Shown piece by piece: positions 1 to 9,039 of a DNA stretch of 46,802 bases. The position numbers and the translations under genes were made by a program. Under the pieces are notes generated by a model. The model was not told where the DNA came from. It saw only the letters and a program-made list of their open reading frames with translations, and did not search any database. This DNA is from a virus. The stretch lies in the IMG/VR virus record IMGVR_UViG_3300039323_000029, one strand, 5' to 3'. Numbering within the stretch: position 1 is the stretch's first letter; every line of letters begins with the position of its first letter.

Positions 1-99
1 GAACAAAGGGGTCAACGATGTTGGTTTTAATCCAGCCACCGGGGTCTGCAAAGAACTCCGTGAGTCCCTTTGTGAAGCCTGCCCACATATCGGCTCCGG
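1..99. repeat. Terminal direct repeat, identical to 46704-46802
   Basis: Base-by-base comparison: gaacaaaggggtcaacgatg...catatcggctccgg is present at both ends. Confidence 0.95.
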
Positions 100-2110
100 C
101 CTGCTTGATGGAAGCCCACTTTTCTTCACCCAGAAGGGCATTGCAGAACGGGTCAATAATGTTGGTCATACACCAGTTGCCAATATCGGCCAGTCCTTCA
201 CCGATGAATTTCAGCAGGTTCAAACCCGTCTGCTTCCAATCCTCTCCGGCAATCTCGTTGTCCCACCAGGTCTTAATGTCAGCACCGATGTTTCCAAAGA
301 AGCCGCCAAGGAATTGTACTGCGGAACGAATAGCCGTGCCAAGGAAGGTGAAGATAGAGGTTGCGATACCTGCCCAGTCGATGTTGGATACCGTGGTCTT
401 GATGTTTTTCCAGAGGTTGGTTCCCATTTCCGACCAGTCGTAGCCGTTCAGCCATTCAGTAGCTTCATCAAAGGCTCCCTTGATACAGTCACTTACCTTT
501 CGTGCAAGCTGTCCCCAGTCGATTTCTCCCAGTGCGCCCAGGATGAAATCAAACTTCAATGTGAACCACCGCACGATGACCCGGCCAATGAAGGACGTAT
601 CCACTTGCTCAAGCGCACTGTTCAGCATGGTTGCCACGTTTGCGCCCAGTTTGTGGAAGTCTACCTCCTTGAGGAAGTAGTAGGCGGTCTGTACCGCCCC
701 GTTGATACCCCAGCCCAGTTTGCTACCCACGGCAGCATAGTCAATGCTGTCAATGACCTCATTTACCTTACTGCCAATCAGCGTACCCAGAGTTTTCCAG
801 TCGGAGTTATCGAAAGCCTGTTTCAGCTTATCAGCAAACTCACTTACGCTATTGTCAATGGGAAGTTCCTCAAACATGGAACCGTAGTCTGCACCGCCAC
901 CGCCGCCACCGCTGGTGTCATCCTTTTGCATGATGATGTTCAATTCATCAATACCCGTGGTAGCGTCACGGATTTCCTTTGCAGCCTTTGCAGCGGAACC
1001 GCCAGCACTTGCCAAAGAGTCACCATAGGATTTTGCGTTCTTCTTCGCAGCCGTAAAAGTGGAAGCGCCGGACAACCGGGCGAACAGCATATTGATGACG
1101 TTCAGGAGGGCAACCACCTTATCAATAACAAAGTCGATTGCCGGGGCAAGTGCGTTAATGATAGGCGCAGCCATAGCGCCCAGACTATTCTTGAGGTAGG
1201 AAGAACTTGTAGCCAGTCTGTCCATGCTCTGTGCGAAAGTACCGCCCATGAGATTGCTATACTGATAGAGGTTGTTAATACCTTCTTTCAGCGCCTTAGT
1301 CAGCGCACTCAAGGCGAAACGGATTGCACGATACATGGCAATACGTTTCAGGCTACTAAACATCTTGCCTAAACCGGAAGTGTTTTGTTTGACTTTCGCA
1401 GCCAAGGCAGAACCCAACTGGTCTTTGATACGGCCAAGAGCGTCCTTTGCTTTCAGTCCGGCTTCCTTCACCTTTGTCAAGGCATTACCCAGCTTATGAA
1501 GTGCGCCAGTACCAAGAGAGAAGCCCTTACTGAATACACCGCCGATACCGCTCAAAACCCGCTTGAGAACATTGGTCTTTGCGGTCACCTGCTCCACGGC
1601 CTGTCCTGCCTGCTGCACTCCGGGTGCAACCTGCTCAACACCGCTGGTAGCGGGACTTACAGGAATAGTACCAGGAGTCGTAGAGGTAGCCCCCGGAACC
1701 ACGCCATTCTTAGGCACGGTTACCTTCGGGATTTTGATATTACTCAAGTCACCCAAGTCACGCAGGGCTTTTCCCATATCCTCAAGCCGCTCAATGTCAG
1801 CCAGGGTAATCCTGTCCATTACATCAGCAATACCGCCAAGCTGCTTTGCAATACTGCCAGAAATTTTAACTTCTCCCAGTTTGCTCACAGACTCCAAGGC
1901 TCTGCCCAGGCTTTCCAGTTTTTCGGTATGGAACCCACTTAACGCCTTATTCAGTTTTTCCAACTGCTTGACGGAAGAACCCAGACCCAGACCGCCCTTC
2001 GTGGCGGCTTTCAACTTGCCCAGGCTTGCCGTTAAAGCGTCTACGCCCTTGACTCCTTCTTCGGCTTTCGTTTCAATTTGAAACTCTAAGCCTTCCATTT
2101 CAATGCTCAT
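1..2110 (-). CDS. Tape measure protein, 5' portion. The ORF runs off the left edge and continues at 46703->45445; 1122 aa in total.
   Basis: Manual minus-strand translation from the ATG at 2110 (ATGA overlap with the upstream stop) stays open to base 1: MSIEMEGLEFQIETKAEEG...KQAGADMWAGFTKGLTEFF. The last residues equal the start of ORF 45445..46791, in frame after overlaying the 99-bp repeat. Lies directly after the tail chaperone pair. Confidence 0.85.
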   Translation of the reverse strand, partial: MSIEMEGLEFQIETKAEEGVKGVDALTASLGKLKAATKGGLGLGSSVKQLEKLNKALSGFHTEKLESLGRALESVSKLGEVKISGSIAKQLGGIADVMDRITLADIERLEDMGKALRDLGDLSNIKIPKVTVPKNGVVPGATSTTPGTIPVSPATSGVEQVAPGVQQAGQAVEQVTAKTNVLKRVLSGIGGVFSKGFSLGTGALHKLGNALTKVKEAGLKAKDALGRIKDQLGSALAAKVKQNTSGLGKMFSSLKRIAMYRAIRFALSALTKALKEGINNLYQYSNLMGGTFAQSMDRLATSSSYLKNSLGAMAAPIINALAPAIDFVIDKVVALLNVINMLFARLSGASTFTAAKKNAKSYGDSLASAGGSAAKAAKEIRDATTGIDELNIIMQKDDTSGGGGGGADYGSMFEELPIDNSVSEFADKLKQAFDNSDWKTLGTLIGSKVNEVIDSIDYAAVGSKLGWGINGAVQTAYYFLKEVDFHKLGANVATMLNSALEQVDTSFIGRVIVRWFTLKFDFILGALGEIDWGQLARKVSDCIKGAFDEATEWLNGYDWSEMGTNLWKNIKTTVSNIDWAGIATSIFTFLGTAIRSAVQFLGGFFGNIGADIKTWWDNEIAGEDWKQTGLNLLKFIGEGLADIGNWCMTNIIDPFCNALLGEEKWASIKQAGADMWAGFTKGLTEFFADPGGWIKTNIVDPFV

Positions 2111-2583
2111 TGTTCACCTTCCCCTCCTTTCTTCTTGTCTTTGAAACGGGAGTTGATAGCCGCCATCATAGCCCGCATAGCTTCCTTGCCATTCTCAAGC
2201 CGCTTCTTCTTGCTTCGTTCCTCCTGCTGCTTACTGCCAGAAGTGGTAATAGGTATAGGTTCGGAACGGAACGGGAACGGCTTGTTTTTCTTGCTCAAAG
2301 GGTTAAAGACAGGGGAAGCGTCCAACAGTGCTTCATAGAAGTAGGCGGCTTGCAGCCACATTTCGGAGTTGCGGCGCTCCCGTTTTAGTTCGTCCGCTTC
2401 CCTGAAATACTTGACCATAGCAGCGTCCCCATCCCAGTATTCGTGATAGGTCATGCCCAGGCTCATGTAGTAACTGCACAGTTCTTCAAATTTGTCACCG
2501 TAACGCAAAAGAGGGGACGGACGGCCTGTGCCGCCGTCCCCAGATTTTCCAGACGGCAAGTCCGTTACCAGCTTGCCATCCAA
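2107..2583 (-). CDS. Tail assembly chaperone, -1 frameshift extension (gpT-like part of a G/GT pair)
   Basis: Overlaps the 3' end of ORF 2565..2894 in the -1 frame. No good own start (TTG). Canonical position between the chaperone and the tape measure. Confidence 0.7.
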   Translation of the reverse strand: MDGKLVTDLPSGKSGDGGTGRPSPLLRYGDKFEELCSYYMSLGMTYHEYWDGDAAMVKYFREADELKRERRNSEMWLQAAYFYEALLDASPVFNPLSKKNKPFPFRSEPIPITTSGSKQQEERSKKKRLENGKEAMRAMMAAINSRFKDKKKGGEGEQ

Positions 2584-2894
2584 TCCACGTTTTTTGCAGC
2601 GTCCTCCGGCTCCTCCATAAGGGACTGAATAGGTTCGTTGTACATTTCTGCCAACTTCTCAATCAGCTTGTCCTTGTTAGGCAGGTGAGAGTAGATTTCC
2701 TCAATCACATCCTGCTTGACGAAACGGTGGTGCGCCTTGAAAGCGCCTGCAAAAAGGGCAGGGAGAAGGGTCATAGGACGGTCATCAATGTTTCTTGCGA
2801 CAAACCCTTCGTCCTCCATCTGCTTGATAGTACGCCGGGTATATTCCAGCGTGTAGTCCTTACCTTCGTAAGTAAAGATAATCTGCTTTGCCAT
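2565..2894 (-). CDS. Tail assembly chaperone (gpG-like)
   Basis: 109 aa, acidic C-terminus, located between the major tail protein and the tape measure. Slippery site near its 3' end. Confidence 0.7.
   Translation of the reverse strand: MAKQIIFTYEGKDYTLEYTRRTIKQMEDEGFVARNIDDRPMTLLPALFAGAFKAHHRFVKQDVIEEIYSHLPNKDKLIEKLAEMYNEPIQSLMEEPEDAAKNVDWMASW
2589..2595 (-). promoter_or_regulatory. Slippery heptamer A AAA AAC for -1 programmed ribosomal frameshifting
   Basis: Minus strand reads GCT GCA AAA AAC GTG in the G frame. A -1 slip gives AAA AAA CGT GGA TTG GAT GGC AAG = ..KKRGLDGKLVTD, which is the 2107..2583 ORF. Confidence 0.7.
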
Positions 2895-2934
2895 TGCTTA
2901 TTTCCTCCAATTCTTGAAATTGTGTGTCAAGGTG

Positions 2935-3378
2935 TTATTCCTCAACAATAACACCAGTAGGGGCAATGGTGATTGCCATGCCACGAACTTCGTTCACGCC
3001 ACCACCAGTGACACGAACATTAAGCTGGCCGGGGAAGTTAAACTTGCCCTCGTCACCAGTGGGAGTGACAGTACCGTCATCATTCTCTGTGCCGCCGAAC
3101 CAAACACCGTACTGCTCAACCTTATTGCGCAGCGCCTTGAGTGCGCTGAACCCGGCCTTTTCGTAGTTGGTGTTGAAGGTCATGGCTTCGTTGCCCTGAA
3201 TACCCATGATGAAGGTCTGCATACGGTCAGACAGAGTGGTAGTTTCCAGCATTTCAGGGTCAGTACCCAGGTCAGGGAACTCCGTAATGTCAATCAGCTT
3301 TTCCCACACCGCTTCGGTTCCTTCCGCAGCGGGAGTTTTCTGGTGCATGAGGAAAGTCATATAAGTGCTTGTAGCCAT
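2935..3378 (-). CDS. Major tail protein
   Basis: 147 aa, immediately upstream of the chaperone pair. Sequence style of TP901-1/phi13-type tail tube proteins. Confidence 0.7.
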   Translation of the reverse strand: MATSTYMTFLMHQKTPAAEGTEAVWEKLIDITEFPDLGTDPEMLETTTLSDRMQTFIMGIQGNEAMTFNTNYEKAGFSALKALRNKVEQYGVWFGGTENDDGTVTPTGDEGKFNFPGQLNVRVTGGGVNEVRGMAITIAPTGVIVEE

Positions 3379-3383
3379 TGTCG

Positions 3384-3779
3384 TTACCTCCTATAAAAAT
3401 ATCGTCCATCGGTCATAACCCGGTATCGGGCTACCATCCGATAAATGCTTGCGTCCTCCATATTCGGAACGGGAGTCATGGCAATTCGCTTGAAGTTCAT
3501 CTTGAAAAGTACTTCATCAATGACCTTCATAATCTCCTTGCACTCTGTTTTCTTACCCTCCGTCTTATTGGAGTACACATTTACTTCAAACATGACCTGC
3601 GCCATTTCAGCGCTCCCGGTCATTCTTTCGGTCACAACGGAGTTATCACTTTGCGTGATACTCACGTGAGGAAAGCCGGACGGGGCTTTTACATATTCTC
3701 CGGCAAGATTGATACCGGGGAACCTCTCACGCAGGACTGTTGCAATCCGGGTATAAACTTCGTTTTCGCAATCCGTCAT
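3384..3779 (-). CDS. Tail terminator / tail completion protein
   Basis: 131 aa; called by synteny between the gp10-like protein and the major tail protein. Confidence 0.5.
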   Translation of the reverse strand: MTDCENEVYTRIATVLRERFPGINLAGEYVKAPSGFPHVSITQSDNSVVTERMTGSAEMAQVMFEVNVYSNKTEGKKTECKEIMKVIDEVLFKMNFKRIAMTPVPNMEDASIYRMVARYRVMTDGRYFYRR

Positions 3780-4306
3780 ACGTAGACCCTCCTTGCTATT
3801 TCCTCAAATTTGTCCTGCAACTCTCTCACAGTCAGGTACATACACATATTGGCTGGGTTACCGTAGGTATGAACCTCTCCGGCGTGTTTTCCTTCCGTGA
3901 TAACCTCACCATTGCTTCCGGGGTTACCTGTGTAACGCCAACCGTTTTCCAATCGGCCAAGGTGGTAACCATAGCCGCCACGTACCATGCCGTGTTCGCC
4001 AGCTTCCGGGTGATTGTCCGGGTACTTTACGCCAGTACCGAACTCAATGAACAGGGTTGCACCGCCAACTGCTACCACTGCCACCTTGCCGTCACCCCGT
4101 TCCTCAACGGAACAGGTAACGTCATTTGTGCCGTCATAGACAGCCTGGGCAAACTTCGCATTGGCAATCTGCACACCTTCATCAGCAAGGGCTTTCAAAA
4201 ACTCTCTGGTTTTATCCTGCAACCACTTCTTGTAGTCGTTGAGTTCCTTGATTGCCCTGTCAATGCTTTTCTCATTGAGTGATACTTTAATTACCCGTTT
4301 CTTCAC
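3776..4306 (-). CDS. HK97 gp10-like head-tail joining protein
   Basis: N-terminal KVSLNEKSIDRAIKELNDYKKWLQDKTREFLKALADEG pattern typical of the gp10 family; synteny. Confidence 0.6.
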   Translation of the reverse strand: MKKRVIKVSLNEKSIDRAIKELNDYKKWLQDKTREFLKALADEGVQIANAKFAQAVYDGTNDVTCSVEERGDGKVAVVAVGGATLFIEFGTGVKYPDNHPEAGEHGMVRGGYGYHLGRLENGWRYTGNPGSNGEVITEGKHAGEVHTYGNPANMCMYLTVRELQDKFEEIARRVYV

Positions 4307-4677
4307 GATACTTTCACCTTACTTACTGCGTAGGAGATAGAGTTAAGGGACTTCGCCACCCGGCGCACCGTGTAGTCGAATATCGGTTTCCCGTTGTCAT
4401 CAAACTCCGGCTCCTTGTCGATGAACAAGACCGTGTTTTCGTCAATGGGACAACTCATATCATCCGTAATAAGAACCTTGTCGTAGGACTCAAAGTTGCC
4501 AAACATTTGTGCCTGTGCATATCCCGTTGCCGGGGATACACTACACTGCATTTTCACGGGGTTATCATAGCCCACGCCATATTCACCCGTTTCATAGCCG
4601 TCTTTGTCCTTGAGGGCAACCCGCTCTTTATACAAGCAGTAGTGAACGGAAGTGAGATTTCGCTTCATCAGCTTCAT
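4303..4677 (-). CDS. Head closure / head-tail adaptor protein
   Basis: 124 aa; called by synteny, 4-nt overlaps with both neighbours. Confidence 0.5.
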   Translation of the reverse strand: MKLMKRNLTSVHYCLYKERVALKDKDGYETGEYGVGYDNPVKMQCSVSPATGYAQAQMFGNFESYDKVLITDDMSCPIDENTVLFIDKEPEFDDNGKPIFDYTVRRVAKSLNSISYAVSKVKVS

Positions 4678-4997
4678 GTCATCACCCCCGCCATCGGAGT
4701 GATACGCCGCAGCAGCGTAGGAGGAATGTCACCATCCTCATAGGAGCGGGATACTCCGTTCTCACTGTGCGCCGTTTCACCTTCTGCGCCACGCTTGTTC
4801 AGCAGGTAGGCGGCTATTTCAACCTGGGTAGTATGGTAGGGGGCAGGGACTTCCTCTGTCCCCGTACCATACGGATAGGCTTTAGAGAGAACCACGCCCT
4901 TTGCCAGGGTGAGGTAGGTAGACAGCACGTCATTATCCGTTTCACCCGTCATGCTTTTCAGCATAGTCAGCTTTTCAGCGTCAGTCATGTTGTCCAC
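4674..4997 (-). CDS. gp6-like head-tail connector (DNA packaging) protein
   Basis: 107 aa directly after the major capsid gene; TYLTLAKGVVLSKAYPYG-type motif region. Confidence 0.6.
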   Translation of the reverse strand: MDNMTDAEKLTMLKSMTGETDNDVLSTYLTLAKGVVLSKAYPYGTGTEEVPAPYHTTQVEIAAYLLNKRGAEGETAHSENGVSRSYEDGDIPPTLLRRITPMAGVMT

Positions 4998-5010
4998 CCT
5001 CCTTCCTTAC

Positions 5011-6027
5011 TTACGCACCAGCACCAGGGAACTCCGCAGCGTTAGCCACGTAGACGGAACGGCTGTAAGTAGGCTTCTCAAAGGCAGTGGAAATGCCAGT
5101 GAACTTGCCGTGATACCATTCAGGGCCGTGGTCAAGACCAATCTGGCCGAAAAGCTGGTACTTCTCACCTGCACCGACCTTTGCCAGGGGTTCCAGGAAG
5201 AAGTTGCCCTTGCCGGGAACAGGCTGGTAGACAGGAGCGATAACGTCCAGGTTCAGGAGAAGCGCAGTGCCAGCAGGCAGGCACTCACCCAGATACAGGT
5301 AGACAACACCCAGAGGGGTGACCACGCTGGACAGCGCAATGCCGTTGATTTCACGGGACGCAGGCACGATGGTCAGGCCATTCTGCACAGCGTCAGCGTT
5401 AATCTGGAACATGGTGATAGCGTCACACCACAGGCACAGGCCGTCAGTAGGAGCGTTTGCGCCGTAAATCTTCTTGACCATATCGGCAATATCCCACAGA
5501 CCCAGGGGCTTGCCCGCCATATCGTTCACGTTGGAAGTGATAGCAGGAACCAGACCACGGGTCTTGTTGGCTTCGGAGTCCTTAGTGGCCTTGTTGAACA
5601 CACCGTTGATGAAGGTGTACTCAATGTCACGGTTAATCTGCTGGATTTTTGCCGCAACCTGGAAGTCCAGTTCGTTCATGGGGTTGGCCTGCTGGTTCTC
5701 AATATTGATACCAGCCAGAGTACCCATGTTGGACTGCTTTGCGTAGGAAATGCCCACAGCAGCCTGGAAAATCTGGGTCACGTTGGTTTTCTGCTCACGG
5801 GTTACCACGGAAGCGTCCGGGGCAGTCAGGGAAGCAGTTTCGGAAATTGCGGGCTGGGAACCATCACCGCCAGCGGTGTATTCCTGGCCAGTAACGAACT
5901 CTACATGGTTCGTGGTTTTCGCCTTGCTACCAATGATGGAAGAAAGCGGAGTACGGGTATTACCCTTGTTGAACAGCATACCGGAATAGTTCAGTACGCC
6001 AAAACTGGTTGCAAAAGTATCAGCCAT
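5011..6027 (-). CDS. Major capsid protein (HK97 fold)
   Basis: 338 aa following the scaffold gene. Conserved C-terminal FLEPLAKVGAGEKYQLFGQIGL block as in SU10/DUF5309-type coat proteins. Confidence 0.8.
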   Translation of the reverse strand: MADTFATSFGVLNYSGMLFNKGNTRTPLSSIIGSKAKTTNHVEFVTGQEYTAGGDGSQPAISETASLTAPDASVVTREQKTNVTQIFQAAVGISYAKQSNMGTLAGINIENQQANPMNELDFQVAAKIQQINRDIEYTFINGVFNKATKDSEANKTRGLVPAITSNVNDMAGKPLGLWDIADMVKKIYGANAPTDGLCLWCDAITMFQINADAVQNGLTIVPASREINGIALSSVVTPLGVVYLYLGECLPAGTALLLNLDVIAPVYQPVPGKGNFFLEPLAKVGAGEKYQLFGQIGLDHGPEWYHGKFTGISTAFEKPTYSRSVYVANAAEFPGAGA

Positions 6028-6052
6028 TGTCAGTTACCTCCAAATTCGTAGT

Positions 6053-6640
6053 TTAGTCATCCGTCTGGTTGGCCGCTTCCTGGGCTTGCAGACGGGTATA
6101 GTAGGCAGCAGCGGTCAGGTTACCGCTTGCCTGCGCTTCGGCAATCTTCTTAGCGTAATCCACGCCACCGCCAGTGCCGTCACCACCCGCAGCAGGGCGG
6201 GGAGTCTTGCGCATTGCGTCAGCCTGGATAGCTTTCTTCTGGACTTCCAGATACTTGTTCTGGTTTGCCAGAACCTTGTCCATGTCACCGTCAACCATAG
6301 CGGTAGCGGTTTCAGTAGCCAGGGTTTCGTCATAGCCCATAGCCAGAAGTTTAGACTTCCTTTCGGTCAGGGCAATGGAGCGCTTCAAATCAGCGTTTTC
6401 CTTTGCCAATCTGTCCTGTTCCTCCTTCTGGGCAGCAGCGGCAGCTTCGTCATCGGACTGCTTACTTCTAAGCTGCTTCTTGTAATCGGCAGCTTCGGAG
6501 TTGGCCTTAGACAGCGCAGCTTTCAGGCGGTTTACCTCTGCGTCATTACCCTGCCCGATGGTTTCAAGGGCAGCGGAAATTTCATCTTCGGTCATACCTT
6601 CCTTGTAGGCTTTACCCAGCAAATCACTCAAATAACTCAT
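6053..6640 (-). CDS. Capsid scaffolding protein
   Basis: 195 aa, Ala/Glu/Lys-rich coiled-coil sequence immediately upstream of the capsid gene. Confidence 0.75.
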   Translation of the reverse strand: MSYLSDLLGKAYKEGMTEDEISAALETIGQGNDAEVNRLKAALSKANSEAADYKKQLRSKQSDDEAAAAAQKEEQDRLAKENADLKRSIALTERKSKLLAMGYDETLATETATAMVDGDMDKVLANQNKYLEVQKKAIQADAMRKTPRPAAGGDGTGGGVDYAKKIAEAQASGNLTAAAYYTRLQAQEAANQTDD

Positions 6641-6760
6641 TTCAAAGTCCTCCTTGCGTTTAATTGTGGCGGTTCACTCCGCACTGTTTTCCGTTTTAAC
6701 CTCTTGTCTTGAGTGTGCGTTTTATAGGTGTTCCCTCACCACTTCAAGCAGGTTCCCCCG

Positions 6761-7351
6761 CTATTCATCAGTTGTCAGTCGCACGATACAGCGGCAGTTC
6801 ACATTGTTTTCCGCTTTTGTAAACTGTCCGGGGTATGGCGCATGGTCACCATCATAGGTGAAAAATTCTTCCTCAAGCGGAATAGACTGGCTTTCCAGAT
6901 AGCGGTGAGTATCCCTCACATCGTTATCTCTCATGGTGAACCAGGTCTTTGTGACTCCAAAACTTCCGTTATCTACATAATCCATACCACCGTCATAGAC
7001 GGCAGCGTTATAGACTCTATGAAATTCGGACTCCACAAGGGTCTTTAGTCCGTCAAGGTCATTTTGCAGAACGTGGTCTGCTACACGGTCAGCATAGGTC
7101 TTGCCGTCAATCACCAGGAAGATTGCGTCCTCCATCTGGTCAACGTCAACTTCCAGTTCATGCCCAAGCATGAGCGCTGCACCTTCAATGCCCTTCGTAT
7201 AGGCATTTATCAGGAAAGAGAGAATGTCATCCGTAATCTGGTTGACACGTGCGGCCAGGTCTTGTCCCGCCGCTTGATAGTAGCTGGTGGAAGTCAGCAA
7301 ATTCAGTTCGTCAAGCGCTGTAAGATAGCGGGAAGCAACTTCATCCATCAT
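6761..7351 (-). CDS. Head morphogenesis protein (SPP1 gp7 / Mu F family)
   Basis: C-terminal ...TKAENNVNCRCIV motif typical of the family; located after the portal. Confidence 0.75.
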   Translation of the reverse strand: MMDEVASRYLTALDELNLLTSTSYYQAAGQDLAARVNQITDDILSFLINAYTKGIEGAALMLGHELEVDVDQMEDAIFLVIDGKTYADRVADHVLQNDLDGLKTLVESEFHRVYNAAVYDGGMDYVDNGSFGVTKTWFTMRDNDVRDTHRYLESQSIPLEEEFFTYDGDHAPYPGQFTKAENNVNCRCIVRLTTDE

Positions 7352-7368
7352 GGTTACCTCAAAAAGAA

Positions 7369-7410
7369 AAGGGACTATGAGCGTACTTCACTCACAGTCC
7401 CATTGGACTA
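7369..7410 (-). terminator. Hairpin plus U-tract element with conserved 5' flank GTCCAATGGG (copy a)
   Basis: Minus strand: GTCCAAT GGGACTGTGAG-tgaagtacg-CTCATAGTCCC TTTTCTTTTT, followed by the RBS and ATG of 7351. Confidence 0.55.
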
Positions 7411-7495
7411 CCCGAACCACTGTCCGGGTTAAACCTTTTCATTTTCCTTCATTTTCAGCTTGCGCTTGATTTCCACGATAGTGACTTTACCCTGC

Positions 7496-8980
7496 TCAAT
7501 CAGCAGTTCCACTCTGCTTCCGTGTTTCAGCAGGGTTTCCATCTGCGCCACCATTTCCTTCGTTATTACCGGGGTCATTACCATCCTCTCCCTTCATCTG
7601 GTTTTGTTTCTCAATCAACTCCTGGGCTTTCTTTTCCTGTTCCTCCACATACTCTGCGCTCAACGCATACGCCAAATCGGAGTCTACGAACAGGCCGCAA
7701 TGCTCAAAAGCCAGACGGGGATGAACCTTCCCGTTCTTCAACAGGAGGTCAAGCACCTGCGCCTTTTGCAGAATGTTTTCGTAGTTACGGCGGGTAAAAC
7801 GGATTTCAATGTTATGCACCTTCAAATCCATTCCCACCAGGGTACGGCAAATATTAAGTACCAGTTTAAGGAACCGCCGTTCCGATTTCTTAAACATCAG
7901 TTCACTGTTCTTCGCCCGTGCTTCTGCGTCCGACCAGCCATCACGCATGATGACCGCAGACCCGGTATCGCTGGTGGAAGAACCGCCATTGCGGTTCGGC
8001 ATACCACAGATAGTCAATACCGTCTGGTACATATGGTCAACCAATGTTTGGGTTTCTCCCTGGTTCAGGGAATTGGTCAGGTAAGCCACTTCCGCTTTCA
8101 ACTGGGGGTCAATATCCTTAAACTTGATTGCACCTTCCTCACGCAGTTTCTTGTAGTCATCGGAAGAAATATCTACGTTATGGAACAGAAGAAGCGCCTG
8201 AATGAACTGTTCCACGCCGTCAATGCGGTTGCTATCGGTTAGGTTGATAGCGTCCAGCAGCGGGACAACCAGTTCAAATGCTCCAATACGGGCAAGGTTC
8301 AGCGGGTATTCGATAATGGGAATGTCACCCAGAATGTGAGGTTCGCACTTCACAACCTTAGACTCCACAATCTCAAAATACTCATACTTAGAATAGCAGG
8401 AGTAGGTGATAACGCCCTTTTCGTCAATCACGTACTTTACACCCAGCACGGGTTTGTTGCCCAAACCGTTATGGTAGACCACAAAGGTGTTGCGTGGGTC
8501 AAGAGTGTAGATTTCAAAGGGAGAGTCATCTTCCTCTCCATCTTCATCAGGAAGAACCATACGGAAAGACGTTCCGCAGATATGGAACCAGTCAGCCAGT
8601 TCCTTGTCCTTTGCAGGTTTTTCCTCTGCAAACACGTACTCATTAAGCTGGTTGATAGCGTCCGCAATACTCTCCGCATTACCACGGGTAACATACTGCA
8701 AAGGCTCACCCATCAGGTAGCCGGACTTGAAGGACACAATCTCGTCAGCACGGTTCTCAACAATCTTATTGGCAATTTCAGGACGCACCAGCTTCACCCG
8801 GTTAAGAATGGGCTGTCTGCCTTTGTAGTAGTGCCACAGATAGTTAATTTCGGAACGGTTCTTCCAGTGGAAAGGAAGCGCCTTACGCAGAATGGTCACT
8901 ACGTTATCAATGGTCACTTCGCTTTCATCGGTCTTAATCATACGCCGACCATGTAGCTGCATAGTAGACACGTGGCGCAC
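7496..8980 (-). CDS. Portal protein (SPP1 gp6-like)
   Basis: 494 aa directly after terL, acidic C-terminal tail. The true start may be the GTG at 8971 or the ATG at 8962 (AGGAGG at 8981-8986). Confidence 0.85.
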   Translation of the reverse strand: MRHVSTMQLHGRRMIKTDESEVTIDNVVTILRKALPFHWKNRSEINYLWHYYKGRQPILNRVKLVRPEIANKIVENRADEIVSFKSGYLMGEPLQYVTRGNAESIADAINQLNEYVFAEEKPAKDKELADWFHICGTSFRMVLPDEDGEEDDSPFEIYTLDPRNTFVVYHNGLGNKPVLGVKYVIDEKGVITYSCYSKYEYFEIVESKVVKCEPHILGDIPIIEYPLNLARIGAFELVVPLLDAINLTDSNRIDGVEQFIQALLLFHNVDISSDDYKKLREEGAIKFKDIDPQLKAEVAYLTNSLNQGETQTLVDHMYQTVLTICGMPNRNGGSSTSDTGSAVIMRDGWSDAEARAKNSELMFKKSERRFLKLVLNICRTLVGMDLKVHNIEIRFTRRNYENILQKAQVLDLLLKNGKVHPRLAFEHCGLFVDSDLAYALSAEYVEEQEKKAQELIEKQNQMKGEDGNDPGNNEGNGGADGNPAETRKQSGTAD

Positions 8981-9010
8981 CTCCTTTCGGACATAGTTTC
9001 ACTTATTGTA

Positions 9011-9039
9011 ATTATACAACTCTCCAATGCTTTTGTCAA
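9011..9039 (-). promoter_or_regulatory. Perfect sigma70-type promoter TTGACA-17-TATAAT in front of the portal gene
   Basis: Minus strand TTGACAaaagcattggagagttgTATAAT (-35 = 9034-9039, -10 = 9011-9016). Confidence 0.7.

Noticed and set aside
18-2081. Plus-strand ORFs listed by the track (18..443, 314..1372, 1385..1942, 1563..2081)
   Set aside because: They are antisense shadows of the tape-measure gene. The minus strand is open across the whole interval and gives a typical tape-measure sequence. The plus-strand translations are low-complexity and lack ribosome-binding sites.
4951-6051. 366-aa plus-strand ORF opposite the major capsid gene. The same applies to other long antisense ORFs: 7460..8242, 9171..10511, 14456..16009, 18267..20357, 24165..25433, 36793..37854, 41590..42855 and 42650..45100.
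   Set aside because: Each lies entirely opposite a minus-strand gene with clear family motifs. The long open antisense frames reflect codon bias. None has a start context or recognisable domain.
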